DNA from: Gemmatimonadales bacterium
GTDB lineage: Bacteria > Gemmatimonadota > Gemmatimonadetes > Gemmatimonadales > GWC2-71-9
DNA length: 35,902 nucleotides
Direction of reading: 5' to 3'
NCBI GenBank assembly: GCA_037189525.1
Contig: JBBCJC010000006.1
Location: 1 to 35,902, forward strand
Position numbers and translations under genes: made by a program. The notes beneath the pieces were generated by a model that made no database searches, was not told the origin of the DNA, and was given only the letters and a program-made list of their open reading frames with translations. Positions 18,460-27,996 of this stretch are shown here, in pieces (positions within the stretch are counted from its first letter, which is position 1; each line of letters begins with the position of its first letter).

Positions 18460-20226
18460 ATGACACCCAGTACATCCAGCGCACGCAATCCCGCGCCGGC
18501 ATCGCTCTCCCGGCGCACTTTCGTCCAAGGGTTGGCGCTTGGCAGCGTGGCACTCTCCACGGGCGTGCTGCGCACCCCTGCGCATGCACACGACACGACC
18601 TACGCCAAGCCCGGCGGTCTCCTGACCCAGACCGACCTCCAGTTAGACGTCGGATCCAGCCACGTCAACTTCACCGGCCGAACGCGCCCGGCGATCACGG
18701 TCAACAACAGCCTGCCGGCGCCGTTGCTGCGCTGGCGCGAAGGCGACACGGTCAGCATCCGCGTCGCCAATCGCCTTCCGGGCAACACCCAGACCTCGAT
18801 CCACTGGCACGGCATCTTGTTGCCATCGAACATGGATGGCGTGCCCGGCATGAGCTTCGACGGGATCTATCCCGGTGAGTCGTATCTCTACCGCTTCAAA
18901 CTCAGGCAGTCGGGCACTTACTGGTACCACGCACACTCCAAGCACCAGGAGCAGGCCGGCCTGTACGGGCCGATGATCATCGACCCGATCGAACCACCGC
19001 CCTACGACTGGGATCGCGAACACGTGGTGCTGCTGTCGGACTGGACGGATCTTTCGCCCGAAGGCCTGTTCGCGCGCCTGAAGAAGTCGCCGCACTACGA
19101 CAACTACTACAAGCCGACCGTCGGTGATTTCATCAGGGACGTCCGCCGCGACGGCTGGGCCGCCACCATGGCCGACCGCAGGGCTTGGGGCCGGATGCGG
19201 ATGACGCCAACCGACCTGTCCGACGTCAACGCCAACACCTACACCTACCTGATGAACGGCGTGACGCCGACCAACAACTGGAGCGGCGAGTTCCGACCAG
19301 GCGAGAAGGTGCTGCTGCGTTTCATCAACGCCGCCAACATGACCTACTTCGACGTCCGCATACCCGGCCTGAAGATGAAGGTCGTGGCGGTCGACGGCCA
19401 GTACGTGCATCCGATCTCGGTGGACGAATTCCGCATGTGCGTGGCGGAAACGATCGACGTGATCGTGGAGCCGAGCGGCCAGGACGCCTTCACCATCTTC
19501 GCGCAGGACATGGGCCGCACCGGTCATGCACGTGGCACGCTGGCGGTGAGCGCCGGGCTGGAAGCACCAATTCCCGCGATCGACCCGCGCCCGCTGCTGA
19601 CCATGGACGACATGGGCCATGGCGACCACGGTGCGAATGGCGGCGGACACGATGCACATGCGGGGCATGGTGGCCATGGCGGACACGGAGGCGGCATGCA
19701 ATCGCATCCGCAGAGCGAACTGCGCAGCCCTTTGGTCGACATGCAGACCATGACGCCGACGCCGCGCCTGGACGACCCGGGCATCGGCTTGCGCGACAAC
19801 GGCCGCCGCGTACTGACCTACGGCGACCTCTACAGCCTATTCGACGATCCGGATGGCCGCGACCCTGGCCGCGACATCGAACTGCACCTCACCGGCCACA
19901 TGGAGAAGTTCTCCTGGTCGTTCGACGGCATTCCGTTCGGCGGCGCCGAACCGTTGCGGCTGAACTACGGCGAGCGCGTGCGCATCGTGCTGGTCAACGA
20001 CACCATGATGCAGCACCCGATCCACCTGCATGGGATGTGGAGCGACATCGAGGACGAGGACGGCGAGTTCAAGGTGCGCAAGCACACTGTCGACATGCCA
20101 CCCGGCACGAAGCGCAGTTACCGCGTGCGTGCCGATGCACTCGGGCGCTGGGCCTACCACTGCCACCTGCTCTACCACATGGATGCCGGCATGATGCGCG
20201 AAGTGCGCGTGGAGGAAGGCGCATGA
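18460..20226 (+). CDS. copA: Copper-resistance multicopper oxidase CopA
   Basis: Tat signal SRRTFVQG; Cu ligands HWHG, WYHAH, HPIHLHG, YHCHLLYHM; His/Gly-rich linker. Confidence 0.97.
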   Translation: MTPSTSSARNPAPASLSRRTFVQGLALGSVALSTGVLRTPAHAHDTTYAKPGGLLTQTDLQLDVGSSHVNFTGRTRPAITVNNSLPAPLLRWREGDTVSIRVANRLPGNTQTSIHWHGILLPSNMDGVPGMSFDGIYPGESYLYRFKLRQSGTYWYHAHSKHQEQAGLYGPMIIDPIEPPPYDWDREHVVLLSDWTDLSPEGLFARLKKSPHYDNYYKPTVGDFIRDVRRDGWAATMADRRAWGRMRMTPTDLSDVNANTYTYLMNGVTPTNNWSGEFRPGEKVLLRFINAANMTYFDVRIPGLKMKVVAVDGQYVHPISVDEFRMCVAETIDVIVEPSGQDAFTIFAQDMGRTGHARGTLAVSAGLEAPIPAIDPRPLLTMDDMGHGDHGANGGGHDAHAGHGGHGGHGGGMQSHPQSELRSPLVDMQTMTPTPRLDDPGIGLRDNGRRVLTYGDLYSLFDDPDGRDPGRDIELHLTGHMEKFSWSFDGIPFGGAEPLRLNYGERVRIVLVNDTMMQHPIHLHGMWSDIEDEDGEFKVRKHTVDMPPGTKRSYRVRADALGRWAYHCHLLYHMDAGMMREVRVEEGA

Positions 20227-21299
20227 AAAGCCTTCTCGCGAACATGCCACCTAAGCTCCTCGCATGGTCCTGCGTCGCTGCATTCGCATATTCAACGTCT
20301 GCACAGGCACAACACGCCGGGCACGCCCCCTCGCCCTCGTGCACACCGGAACATGCGGCGATGGGCCATTGCACGATGCCCGGCACGCACCGGCATGATT
20401 CGTCACTGAAGACCGAAGAAGCAGGCGATCCCGGCTGCACACCGGAGCATGCGGTGATGGGGCATTGCACGATGCCGTCCACGCAAGGGCACAGCCACGA
20501 CACGGCATCGACCGAGGTGGTCGATCCGCGCTGCCCGCCCGAGCACGCGGCAATGGGCCATTGCACACCGCGCAAACCCGGGCCGACGGAACCACGCGAG
20601 CCGATCCCCGAACTGACCGACGAAGACCGTGCCGCCGCCTTCCCGCACCTGCACGAAGGCCACGCGCACGGCAGCGATCTGCACTGGCGCGTGCGCTTGA
20701 ACCGGTTCGAGGCATGGGATGCAGATCACGGCACCGGACAGGCCTGGTCGGGCAGCGCATGGATCGGCGGCGACGTGAACCGCCTGCGGCTCAAGAGCAG
20801 CGGCGAACGCAGCGGCGGAAGGACCGATTCGACGAATGCGCACGCCCTCTACAGCCGCAGCGTGACACCCTGGTGGGACCTGGTGGCGGGCGTGAAGCAG
20901 GAATTCCGGCCGGACTCACGCACGTGGGGCGCGATCGGCGTGGAGGGGCTGGCGCCCTACATGTTCGAAATCTCGGCCATGGCCTATGTCGGCAGCGGCG
21001 GGCAGGTGCAACTCAAGGTCGAGGCCGAATACGAAGTGCTGCTGACCAACCGCCTGATCCTGCAACCGCTGGTCGAAGCCACGGCATCGCTGAAGAACGA
21101 ACCCGAAGCCGGCATCGGCTCCGGCATCGGCAAGCTCGAGGGCGGGTTGCGCCTGCGCTACGAGATCAACCGGCGCTTCGCACCCTACGTCGGCATCGCA
21201 CACGAACGCGCGATGGGCAACACCGTCGACATCGCACGCACCAACGGGAGCCACCTACGCGACACACGCGTCGTGGCCGGCGTGCGGTTCTGGTTCTGA
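20223..21299 (+). CDS. copB: Copper-resistance protein CopB (outer membrane)
   Basis: ATGA overlap with the copA stop; PIPELTDEDRAAAF, WIGGDVNRLRLK, GLAPYMFE, LLTNRLILQP, GVRFWF terminus. Confidence 0.95.
   Translation: MKSLLANMPPKLLAWSCVAAFAYSTSAQAQHAGHAPSPSCTPEHAAMGHCTMPGTHRHDSSLKTEEAGDPGCTPEHAVMGHCTMPSTQGHSHDTASTEVVDPRCPPEHAAMGHCTPRKPGPTEPREPIPELTDEDRAAAFPHLHEGHAHGSDLHWRVRLNRFEAWDADHGTGQAWSGSAWIGGDVNRLRLKSSGERSGGRTDSTNAHALYSRSVTPWWDLVAGVKQEFRPDSRTWGAIGVEGLAPYMFEISAMAYVGSGGQVQLKVEAEYEVLLTNRLILQPLVEATASLKNEPEAGIGSGIGKLEGGLRLRYEINRRFAPYVGIAHERAMGNTVDIARTNGSHLRDTRVVAGVRFWF
20340..20570 (+). repeat. Three intragenic repeats encoding C-[TP]-PEHA-[AV]-MGHCT in the CopB N-terminus
   Basis: Copies begin near 20340, 20435 and 20532 (e.g. 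TGCACACCGGAACATGCGGCGATGGGCCATTGCACGATGCC). Confidence 0.9.
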
Positions 21300-21340
21300 A
21301 TTACATCGATCACACAAACACGAATATCGAGGAACATCAC

Positions 21341-21850
21341 ATGAACACCAGCCGCCTCCTGATGCTCGCACTGTGCATACCCCTGGGTGCCTGCGCGGTC
21401 GCAGAATCCTCCAGCGACGCCGGCAGGCAGGCGATGGCCGCGGCCCCCACGCAGTCCGCGGCAACACTGCCGTTGATGACCGTGCACAAACACGAATCAT
21501 GCGGTTGTTGCGGCGTCTGGATCGAACACATGCAGCAGGCGGGCTTCAATGTCTTGGCGAAGAACGTGGACGACATGGGGCCGATCAAGCAGGCCACTGG
21601 CGTTCCCTACGCCATGGGCTCGTGCCATACCGCGGAAGTCGATGGCTACTTCATCGAAGGCCATGTGCCCGCCGAAGACGTCCTGCGCCTCTTGCGCGAA
21701 CGTCCCGATGCGAAGGGACTCGCCCTGCCCGGCATGCCGATCGGCTCGCCGGGCATGGAACATCCCGATGGCCGCGCGCAGCCCTATACCGTCTCGCTGG
21801 TGCTGCGCGATGGCACCACGCGCGAATTCAGCAGGCACCCACGCAACTGA
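21341..21850 (+). CDS. copG: DUF411/CopG-family metal-binding lipoprotein
   Basis: ATG 21341 after GAGGA; lipobox LGA-C; CGCC, SCHTA, EGHVP, PGMPIGSPGME. Confidence 0.88.
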   Translation: MNTSRLLMLALCIPLGACAVAESSSDAGRQAMAAAPTQSAATLPLMTVHKHESCGCCGVWIEHMQQAGFNVLAKNVDDMGPIKQATGVPYAMGSCHTAEVDGYFIEGHVPAEDVLRLLRERPDAKGLALPGMPIGSPGMEHPDGRAQPYTVSLVLRDGTTREFSRHPRN

Positions 21851-21884
21851 ACTCGCACGGCTGCGCGACGAACCAAGGCCTGAC

Positions 21885-22739
21885 TCAACGCTCCACGGCG
21901 TCGCGCCACGTCAACGTCATCGACATCTCGATGCGATCGCCCGGGCCGATGATGGCACTGCCGAGATTGAACGCATCCGGCGGCCCGGTCTGCGGTTCTA
22001 CGCAGGTGGTATGCGCCAATGCGTCGAACACGACCCAATGATTGCATTCCGACTGCAACCGCAATTGCCAGCGACGGTGATGCAACGCCACCATGCCGCC
22101 GTGGATGAAACAGTCGTCCCATGGGCTTGGCCCTGGCCCGGCCAACGGCAACGTCGCAATACCGTCGCGATCGCGTGGATACATATGCGATGGAGTGAAA
22201 TCCAGCCGCTCTGGCTTGCGGAACCAGGGATGCCATCCGATCACCGCCGGCATCGCCTGCTCTTCCGCCTCGACCGACAACGCCATCCGCAGGCAATCCC
22301 GGTGGAGTTCAATGTGTTGCCGCGCAATGCCGCCGAACGGCCAGAACGCCTCCCGCGGCAGTCTCACATGCAGCGATGCTGCATCCGCCGAACATGCTTC
22401 GACCGTCCATGCGGACACGAACCCGAAACCATGGATCGCATGGCCTTCGTAGTTGCGGCGGAGCTGGTAGGCCTTGCCGTAGAAGGTGAATCGACCGTCA
22501 CGGATCCTGCCGGCCCACGGCACCATCGGGTAACAACCCCACGCAATCGCGGCCGATCCGCCGTCGTCCGGACCAACCAGTTGCTCTTCGCCGCCGAAAC
22601 GGATCTGTGCGATGCGGCCACCGGCCCGTGGAGCCAGATCCACCTCGATCCTGCCTTTCTCCAACCGGATCAACGGGCCGGGCGAGAGCAATGCCGTCGC
22701 GTCGGCAAGCACGGCAGGATCCGCCGCGCACTCAGCCAT
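21885..22739 (-). CDS. Aldose 1-epimerase family protein
   Basis: GCYPMVPWAGRIRDG, HAIHG, GWHPWF, CVEPQTG; start overlaps the upstream GH43 stop. Confidence 0.88.
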   Translation of the reverse strand: MAECAADPAVLADATALLSPGPLIRLEKGRIEVDLAPRAGGRIAQIRFGGEEQLVGPDDGGSAAIAWGCYPMVPWAGRIRDGRFTFYGKAYQLRRNYEGHAIHGFGFVSAWTVEACSADAASLHVRLPREAFWPFGGIARQHIELHRDCLRMALSVEAEEQAMPAVIGWHPWFRKPERLDFTPSHMYPRDRDGIATLPLAGPGPSPWDDCFIHGGMVALHHRRWQLRLQSECNHWVVFDALAHTTCVEPQTGPPDAFNLGSAIIGPGDRIEMSMTLTWRDAVER

Positions 22740-23784
22740 AAGGCTTGATGGTGCGGATCGTACCGTCTGCACCATGGTGAAGTTCGGCGACCTTCACCGT
22801 ACGCAGATGGGTGACGCCGCCCGACAACAGCGCGTCGTGGTAGTACAACCACCACTTGCCGCCGAACGCGATGACCGAATGATGCGTGGTCCAGCCGACC
22901 ACGGGTTCGAGCAGCACGCCCTGGTAGGTGAAAGGCCCATACGGACTGTCGCCGATGGCGTAGCACAGCAAGCGCGTGTTCCCGGTCGAGTACGACAGGT
23001 AGTAGCGCTCCTGGAACCTGTGGATCCATGGGCCTTCGAAGTAACGACGCAAGTGGTCGCCGGCACGCAGCGGTTCGCCGTTCGCGTCGAGGATGAGGAT
23101 TTCACGGGACGGTTCGGCGAGCGTCTTCATCCCCGCATCCAGCCGGGCAACGCGCGGCCCGAGTGCAGGCTGGTCGGACGCGGGCTCCCCTTGCGTGGCG
23201 TCATGCACGTTGTCGCGGTACTGCTGCATCTGGCCGCCCCAGATGCCGCCGAAGTACAGGTACTGCTCGCCGTCATCGTCGGCGAATACCGCCGGGTCGA
23301 TCGAATACGCGCCTTCGATGGGCGTCGGTTCCGGCACGAACGGACCGGCCGGGCTGTCGCCCACCGCCACGCCGATCCGGAACAAGCCATCGGCTTGCTT
23401 GGCCGGGAAATACAGGTAGTAGCGACCATCTCGATGTGCGGCATCGGGTGCCCACATCTGACGCTCCGCCCAAGGCACGTCACGCACGTGCAGCACCTGT
23501 CCGCAATCCACGGCCTCGCCACCCGGCGCGTCCTGCCGCAGCACGTGATAGTCCTCCATGCAGAAGTGCCCGCCGTCGTCGTCGAAGGGCGCGCCGCCGT
23601 CGATGTCGTGCGACGGGTAGATGTAGATGCGGCCTTCGAACACGTGCGCCGATGCGTCGGCGGTATGGATGTGCGTCACCAGAGGTGGCGAGATCGCACG
23701 ACGTGCCAGTGCGGCGAGGTTCGACACGGACAAGTCGTGCACGTCGACCGCCGCGCCGATGATGTCCGGTGACGCCGCACTCAC
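22732..23784 (-). CDS. GH43 beta-xylosidase/alpha-arabinofuranosidase (cytoplasmic, GH43_1-like)
   Basis: TADASAHVFEGRIYIYPSHD, MWAPDAA, SIDPAVF, YFEGPW, GWTTHHS; no signal peptide; GTGA overlap with the MFS gene stop. Confidence 0.93.
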   Translation of the reverse strand: MSAASPDIIGAAVDVHDLSVSNLAALARRAISPPLVTHIHTADASAHVFEGRIYIYPSHDIDGGAPFDDDGGHFCMEDYHVLRQDAPGGEAVDCGQVLHVRDVPWAERQMWAPDAAHRDGRYYLYFPAKQADGLFRIGVAVGDSPAGPFVPEPTPIEGAYSIDPAVFADDDGEQYLYFGGIWGGQMQQYRDNVHDATQGEPASDQPALGPRVARLDAGMKTLAEPSREILILDANGEPLRAGDHLRRYFEGPWIHRFQERYYLSYSTGNTRLLCYAIGDSPYGPFTYQGVLLEPVVGWTTHHSVIAFGGKWWLYYHDALLSGGVTHLRTVKVAELHHGADGTIRTIKPYG

Positions 23785-25286
23785 GTCGCCGCCCCCATCC
23801 CGAGACGACGCACGTGCAACTCGCGTTCAATGCGCGTTTCGGCCTGCTTGTTGATCTCGTAGAGGAACAGCAGCGCCACGCATAACAGGAACGGTGCCGA
23901 GCACAACACGCTCACCGCGAGACGGATGCCGGACACGGTTTCCGGCGACTGCACGGCACCCCCCGCCTCGTAGCCGACATATGCCAGGATCCCGGCGACC
24001 AGCGCGCCACCGACACTCAACCCGACCTTCAACCCGCACATCATCGCCGAGAAGATGATCGCGGTGGCGCGCCGTCCATTCTTCCACTCCGACCAATCCG
24101 CCACGTCGGCGATCATCGCCCACAACAACGGGATGGTGATGCCGTAGAAGAAGCCATGCAGGATGTGAGAAACGAACACCGGCACGATCGACCGCGGCGA
24201 GTAGAAATAGAACACCAGGAGGAACAACGTGGCCACGAACAAAGCGGCACCAAATACGTTGCGCTTCCCGAAGCGGTCGGCCAGTCGCTTCGAGAAGCCG
24301 ATGCCGATGATCATCAGAATGATGCCCCCGGCGTTGAACAGGCTCAACGCAGAGGTGGGCGCATCCTCCGGCCACTGAAACGACGTCAGGCCCATGCCGG
24401 TCAGCACGGCATTCAACCCTGCGATGAAGCCGTTGAAACCGATGCCGTCGAGGAACGCCGCAAGCGCTACCTCATCGAGGTAGTACTTGAAGTAATAGAC
24501 GTACATGCCGCCCTTGAGGGCGAGTCCGATGAATACGAGGATCGTCAGCGCCAGCATCACCAGCCATGGCCGGTTCTTCGCCAGGTCGGAGAGATCCTGC
24601 TTGATGGTCGACTTCTGCTCCGGCGTGGGCACGATGCGCTCGCGCGTGGTGAAGAACGTCACCAGGAACAGGATCGTGCCGAGGCAGGCGAACAGCAGCA
24701 TCGTGTTCTGGAAGCCCTGCACCTTGTCGCCGCCGCCCAGGATCAGCACCAGCGGCAGCAGCAGGACCTGGATGATGAACTGCGCCACCATCACCGCCAC
24801 GAACCGGTACGCCGACAGGCTGTTGCGCTCGGCCATGCTGCCGGTCAACACGCCGCTCAAGGCCGCGTAAGGCAGGTTGTTGGCGGCATAGACGAGCGCC
24901 AGCAACGTGTACGTTGCACCGGCATAGACCACCTTGCCCTGCGCACCCAATTCGGGCGTGCTGAAAGCCAGCAGTGACAGCACGCCGAATGGCAACGCCG
25001 TCCACAGTATCCACGGGCGGAACTTGCCCCATCGCGTACTCGTCCGATCCGCCAGCAGGCCCACGAGGGGCGTGAACACGAAGGCGCCGAGCATGCCGAC
25101 GATGAAGATGATCGTCGCCGCCGTGGCTGCCGGGATGCCGAACACGTCCGTGTAGAAGAACGCCAGGAAGGTCAACAACGTCTGGAAGATGAGGTTGGCG
25201 GCGAGATCGCCGACGCTGTAGCCCACCTTCTCGACGACCGAGAGTTTCCCGGCATGCAGTGGTGCGGTGGTGGCACGATCGATCAT
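23781..25286 (-). CDS. GPH-family MFS sugar:cation symporter (probable xyloside/xylo-oligosaccharide transporter)
   Basis: ATG 25286 after AGGGGAG; EKVGYSVGD, ADRTSTRWGKFRPWILW, TRER, WAMIADVADWSEWKNGRR. Confidence 0.93.
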   Translation of the reverse strand: MIDRATTAPLHAGKLSVVEKVGYSVGDLAANLIFQTLLTFLAFFYTDVFGIPAATAATIIFIVGMLGAFVFTPLVGLLADRTSTRWGKFRPWILWTALPFGVLSLLAFSTPELGAQGKVVYAGATYTLLALVYAANNLPYAALSGVLTGSMAERNSLSAYRFVAVMVAQFIIQVLLLPLVLILGGGDKVQGFQNTMLLFACLGTILFLVTFFTTRERIVPTPEQKSTIKQDLSDLAKNRPWLVMLALTILVFIGLALKGGMYVYYFKYYLDEVALAAFLDGIGFNGFIAGLNAVLTGMGLTSFQWPEDAPTSALSLFNAGGIILMIIGIGFSKRLADRFGKRNVFGAALFVATLFLLVFYFYSPRSIVPVFVSHILHGFFYGITIPLLWAMIADVADWSEWKNGRRATAIIFSAMMCGLKVGLSVGGALVAGILAYVGYEAGGAVQSPETVSGIRLAVSVLCSAPFLLCVALLFLYEINKQAETRIERELHVRRLGMGAAT

Positions 25287-25406
25287 CGACACTCCCCTGG
25301 TATCCGGATCACGCCACCCCGTCGGCGCCATGATCGCCAGCGCACCCTGCGCCACGAACCCGTGGCATCGATGATGCGACACATCATGCAGGACGGGCTG
25401 CCGGAA

Positions 25407-25420
25407 TGGTAGCGCTACCA
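25407..25420. promoter_or_regulatory. LacI-type operator (xyl-box-like) TGGTAGCGCTACCA
   Basis: Perfect 14-bp palindrome with central CG; one mismatch from the Xanthomonas campestris XylR xyl-box TGGTAGCGCTAACA; lies in the divergent MFS/GH10 promoter region. Confidence 0.88.
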
Positions 25421-25559
25421 ATTTTTCTCTTGCAAGGTGTCCTGCAGCATTCGCATGCCCGTTGCTCGACAGATTGCGTTGCAATGCAACATTTCGCTCC
25501 GATCTCGTGCCATTCCGATCGAAAAGTTGGCAATTCAGGGCAATCTGTCCATCAAGAAT

Positions 25560-25575
25560 ATGATAGCGCTATCAT
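25560..25575. promoter_or_regulatory. Second LacI-type operator ATGATAGCGCTATCAT
   Basis: Perfect 16-bp palindrome sharing the TGnTAGCGCTAnCA core with the first box; upstream of the GH10 gene. Confidence 0.82.
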
Positions 25576-25717
25576 TCAATTGCGGTTTGGTCCAGGCTTG
25601 CGCTAGCGGGCCGCGATCCGCCCCGCTGCAACCTGGAGATGCCGCCAATGGCAGGCTGCATGCGTCCACCACTGGATCGGCACCATGCCTTTCCTCTGCA
25701 CAGAGGTATCGGAACCC

Positions 25718-26767
25718 ATGAAGACACCGTCGCTCCGCATGCTCGCATCGTGGTTGCTCTTGTCGCTGGCGTTGTGCGCCTGCCGTGCACCCGAGGCACC
25801 CACCTTGGCGACAGCAGACGATGCGCCGGCCAGCAATGCGCTCGCCTCCGGGCAACGGAAATTCCTCGGCAGTGCACACGGTCCGGCGCAGGATGCCGGG
25901 TTCCTCGACTACTGGAACAAGGTCACGCCCGAAAACGCAGGCAAGTGGGGAGAAGTGGAAGCCGTTCGCGGGGTGATGGACTGGGACGGCCTGGACGCAG
26001 CCTATCGCCTCGCCAAGGACAATGGCCTGCCGTTCCAGATGCATGTGCTGGTGTGGGGCAACCAGCAACCCGAATGGATCAAGCCTTTGCCACCGCAGGA
26101 GCAACGCGTGGCGATCGAAGCCTGGTTCGCCGCGGTCGCAGAGCGCTATCCGGAGATCGACATCGTCGAGGTCGTCAACGAGCCGTTGCACGATCCGCCA
26201 TCGAAGGACGATGACGGCGGCGGCAACTACATCGAAGCGCTCGGCGGCGACGGTGAAAGCGGTTGGGACTGGATCCTCGAATCCTTCCGGCTCGCACGCC
26301 TGCACTTCCCTGATGCGCAGTTGATGCTCAACGACTACAGCATCACCAACACGCCCGACAGTACGCAGCGCTACCTCGGCATCATCCGGCTGCTGCAGGC
26401 CGAAGACCTGATCGACGTGATCGGCATCCAGGGCCATGCATTTTCGACCACGACCGCAACGCCGATGTCGGTGCATCGCGACAATCTTGATGCACTGGCG
26501 GCCACCGGACTGCCCATCCACGTCACCGAGTTCGACATGGACGGTCCCGCCGACGAACAGCAACTGGCCAACTACCAGCGCATCTTCCCGGTGTTCTGGG
26601 AGCATCCCGGCGTGCATGGCATCACGCTGTGGGGTTTCCGGCACGGCCTGTGGCGCACCGAACAAGGCGCCTACCTGATCGACGCGGAGGGCAACGAGCG
26701 TCCGGCACTGGCATGGCTGCGCGACTACGTGCAGGGGCGCATCGACGCACCGATGCCGACGCAGTGA
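25718..26767 (+). CDS. GH10 endo-1,4-beta-xylanase, probable lipoprotein
   Basis: VTPENAGKW, HVLVWGNQQPEW, acid/base VVNEP, NDY, GIQGH, nucleophile VTEFD, GITLWG; signal ending LALCA-C. Confidence 0.95.
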   Translation: MKTPSLRMLASWLLLSLALCACRAPEAPTLATADDAPASNALASGQRKFLGSAHGPAQDAGFLDYWNKVTPENAGKWGEVEAVRGVMDWDGLDAAYRLAKDNGLPFQMHVLVWGNQQPEWIKPLPPQEQRVAIEAWFAAVAERYPEIDIVEVVNEPLHDPPSKDDDGGGNYIEALGGDGESGWDWILESFRLARLHFPDAQLMLNDYSITNTPDSTQRYLGIIRLLQAEDLIDVIGIQGHAFSTTTATPMSVHRDNLDALAATGLPIHVTEFDMDGPADEQQLANYQRIFPVFWEHPGVHGITLWGFRHGLWRTEQGAYLIDAEGNERPALAWLRDYVQGRIDAPMPTQ

Positions 26768-26916
26768 GCTTTGCGGCCCATCGCGATTGCAAGGCGATGC
26801 GCCTGTCGCGAGATGCCGACGGAGTTCGATCGAGCGTTCGCAACGCATCGCCGTTGCGCTTACCATCCATGGCTCACGCACTCTTACGTCGGACACCATG
26901 CAACCGAGGAGGCCGC

Positions 26917-27996
26917 ATGCCACGCTTCGCCCATCCACTGTTCGCGATTCCACTCGCCACGTTGCTGGCTGCGTGCAACGCACAGACCGCACCGGATGAC
27001 CAGGCAGCGGACGCCAAGGGAGGCCTGGAAACCGTGACCATCGGCCAACTCACTGCATTCGCCCCCGCATTCGAGGACGTGGTCGCCAGCGACGCGCGCA
27101 TCGAGCGGCTGACCGATCCCGCCGAACAAGCCTTCACCTGGTCGGAAGGCCCCGCCTGGGTGCGCGGCGGCGAGTACCTGCTGTTCACCGACGTGCCGCA
27201 GAACACGATGTATCGCTGGTCGGACGCGGATGGACTGTCCGTCTTCCTGCAGCCATCGGGCTACGACGGTCCGGACGATGGCACCCTGCGCGAAGCCGGT
27301 GCCAACGGCCTGTTCGCCGAACCACGCGGCAGCGTGCTGCTGGCCGATTCCGGCAGTCGCCTGGTCGCACGCCTGGACCCCGCGACCAAGACCAAGACCA
27401 CGCTTGCCGCACAGTTCGACGGCAAGCGCTTCAACAGCCCCAACGACCTCGTGCGACGCAGCGACGGCACGGTGTTCTTCACCGACCCGCCCTACGGGCT
27501 GAAGGACGGCAACGATTCACCGGCGAAGGAACTGCCGTTCAACGGCGTCTACCGGCTCGATGCCGATGGCAACGTGCACCTGCTCGACGACGGGTTGAGT
27601 TATCCCAACGGCATCGCGCTCTCGCCGGACGAACGCACGCTGTACGTGGCCAACTCCGATCCCGCCCGTCCGATCTGGATGGCCTACACGCTCGATGCCG
27701 CGGGCAACGTCGAATCCCAGCGCGTGTTCGCCGATGTCTCCGACATCGTCGGCGACGACAACCCCGGACTGCCCGATGGGCTCGCCGTGGCGGCGGACGG
27801 CACGCTGTTCGCCACCGGCCCGGGCGGCGTGCTGGTGTTCGCGGCCGATGGCACGCGGCTTGGTCGCATCGAGACCGGCACCGCGATCGCCAACGTCGCC
27901 TTCGGCGGCGACGGCCATGTGCTGTACATGACCTCGCACAACTTTCTGGCGCGCGTTCTGGTCAAGGCGAAGGGACTGGCCTACGCGGGGGACTGA
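26917..27996 (+). CDS. SMP-30/gluconolactonase-family lipoprotein
   Basis: ATG 26917 after GAGGAGG; lipobox LAA-C; WSEGPAW, FNSPND, FTDPPYG, PNGIALSPD, PDG. Confidence 0.92.
   Translation: MPRFAHPLFAIPLATLLAACNAQTAPDDQAADAKGGLETVTIGQLTAFAPAFEDVVASDARIERLTDPAEQAFTWSEGPAWVRGGEYLLFTDVPQNTMYRWSDADGLSVFLQPSGYDGPDDGTLREAGANGLFAEPRGSVLLADSGSRLVARLDPATKTKTTLAAQFDGKRFNSPNDLVRRSDGTVFFTDPPYGLKDGNDSPAKELPFNGVYRLDADGNVHLLDDGLSYPNGIALSPDERTLYVANSDPARPIWMAYTLDAAGNVESQRVFADVSDIVGDDNPGLPDGLAVAADGTLFATGPGGVLVFAADGTRLGRIETGTAIANVAFGGDGHVLYMTSHNFLARVLVKAKGLAYAGD

Noticed and set aside
19185..20222. Apparent long N-terminal extension of CopB (704-aa ORF)
   Set aside because: Off-frame overlap with copA giving Arg-rich noise; the real start is ATG 20223. 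The same reasoning applies to the extended starts at 759, 20465, 26629 and 33696.
26788..26857. Inverted repeat GGCGATGCG / CGCATCGCC between the GH10 and lactonase genes (similar GCCTGCCA / TGGCAGGC near 29766-29789)
   Set aside because: No U-tract and no second copy in the window, so it cannot be called a terminator or REP; probably an ordinary intercistronic stem.
25535..26992. 485-aa minus-strand ORF
   Set aside because: Antisense shadow of the GH10 gene.
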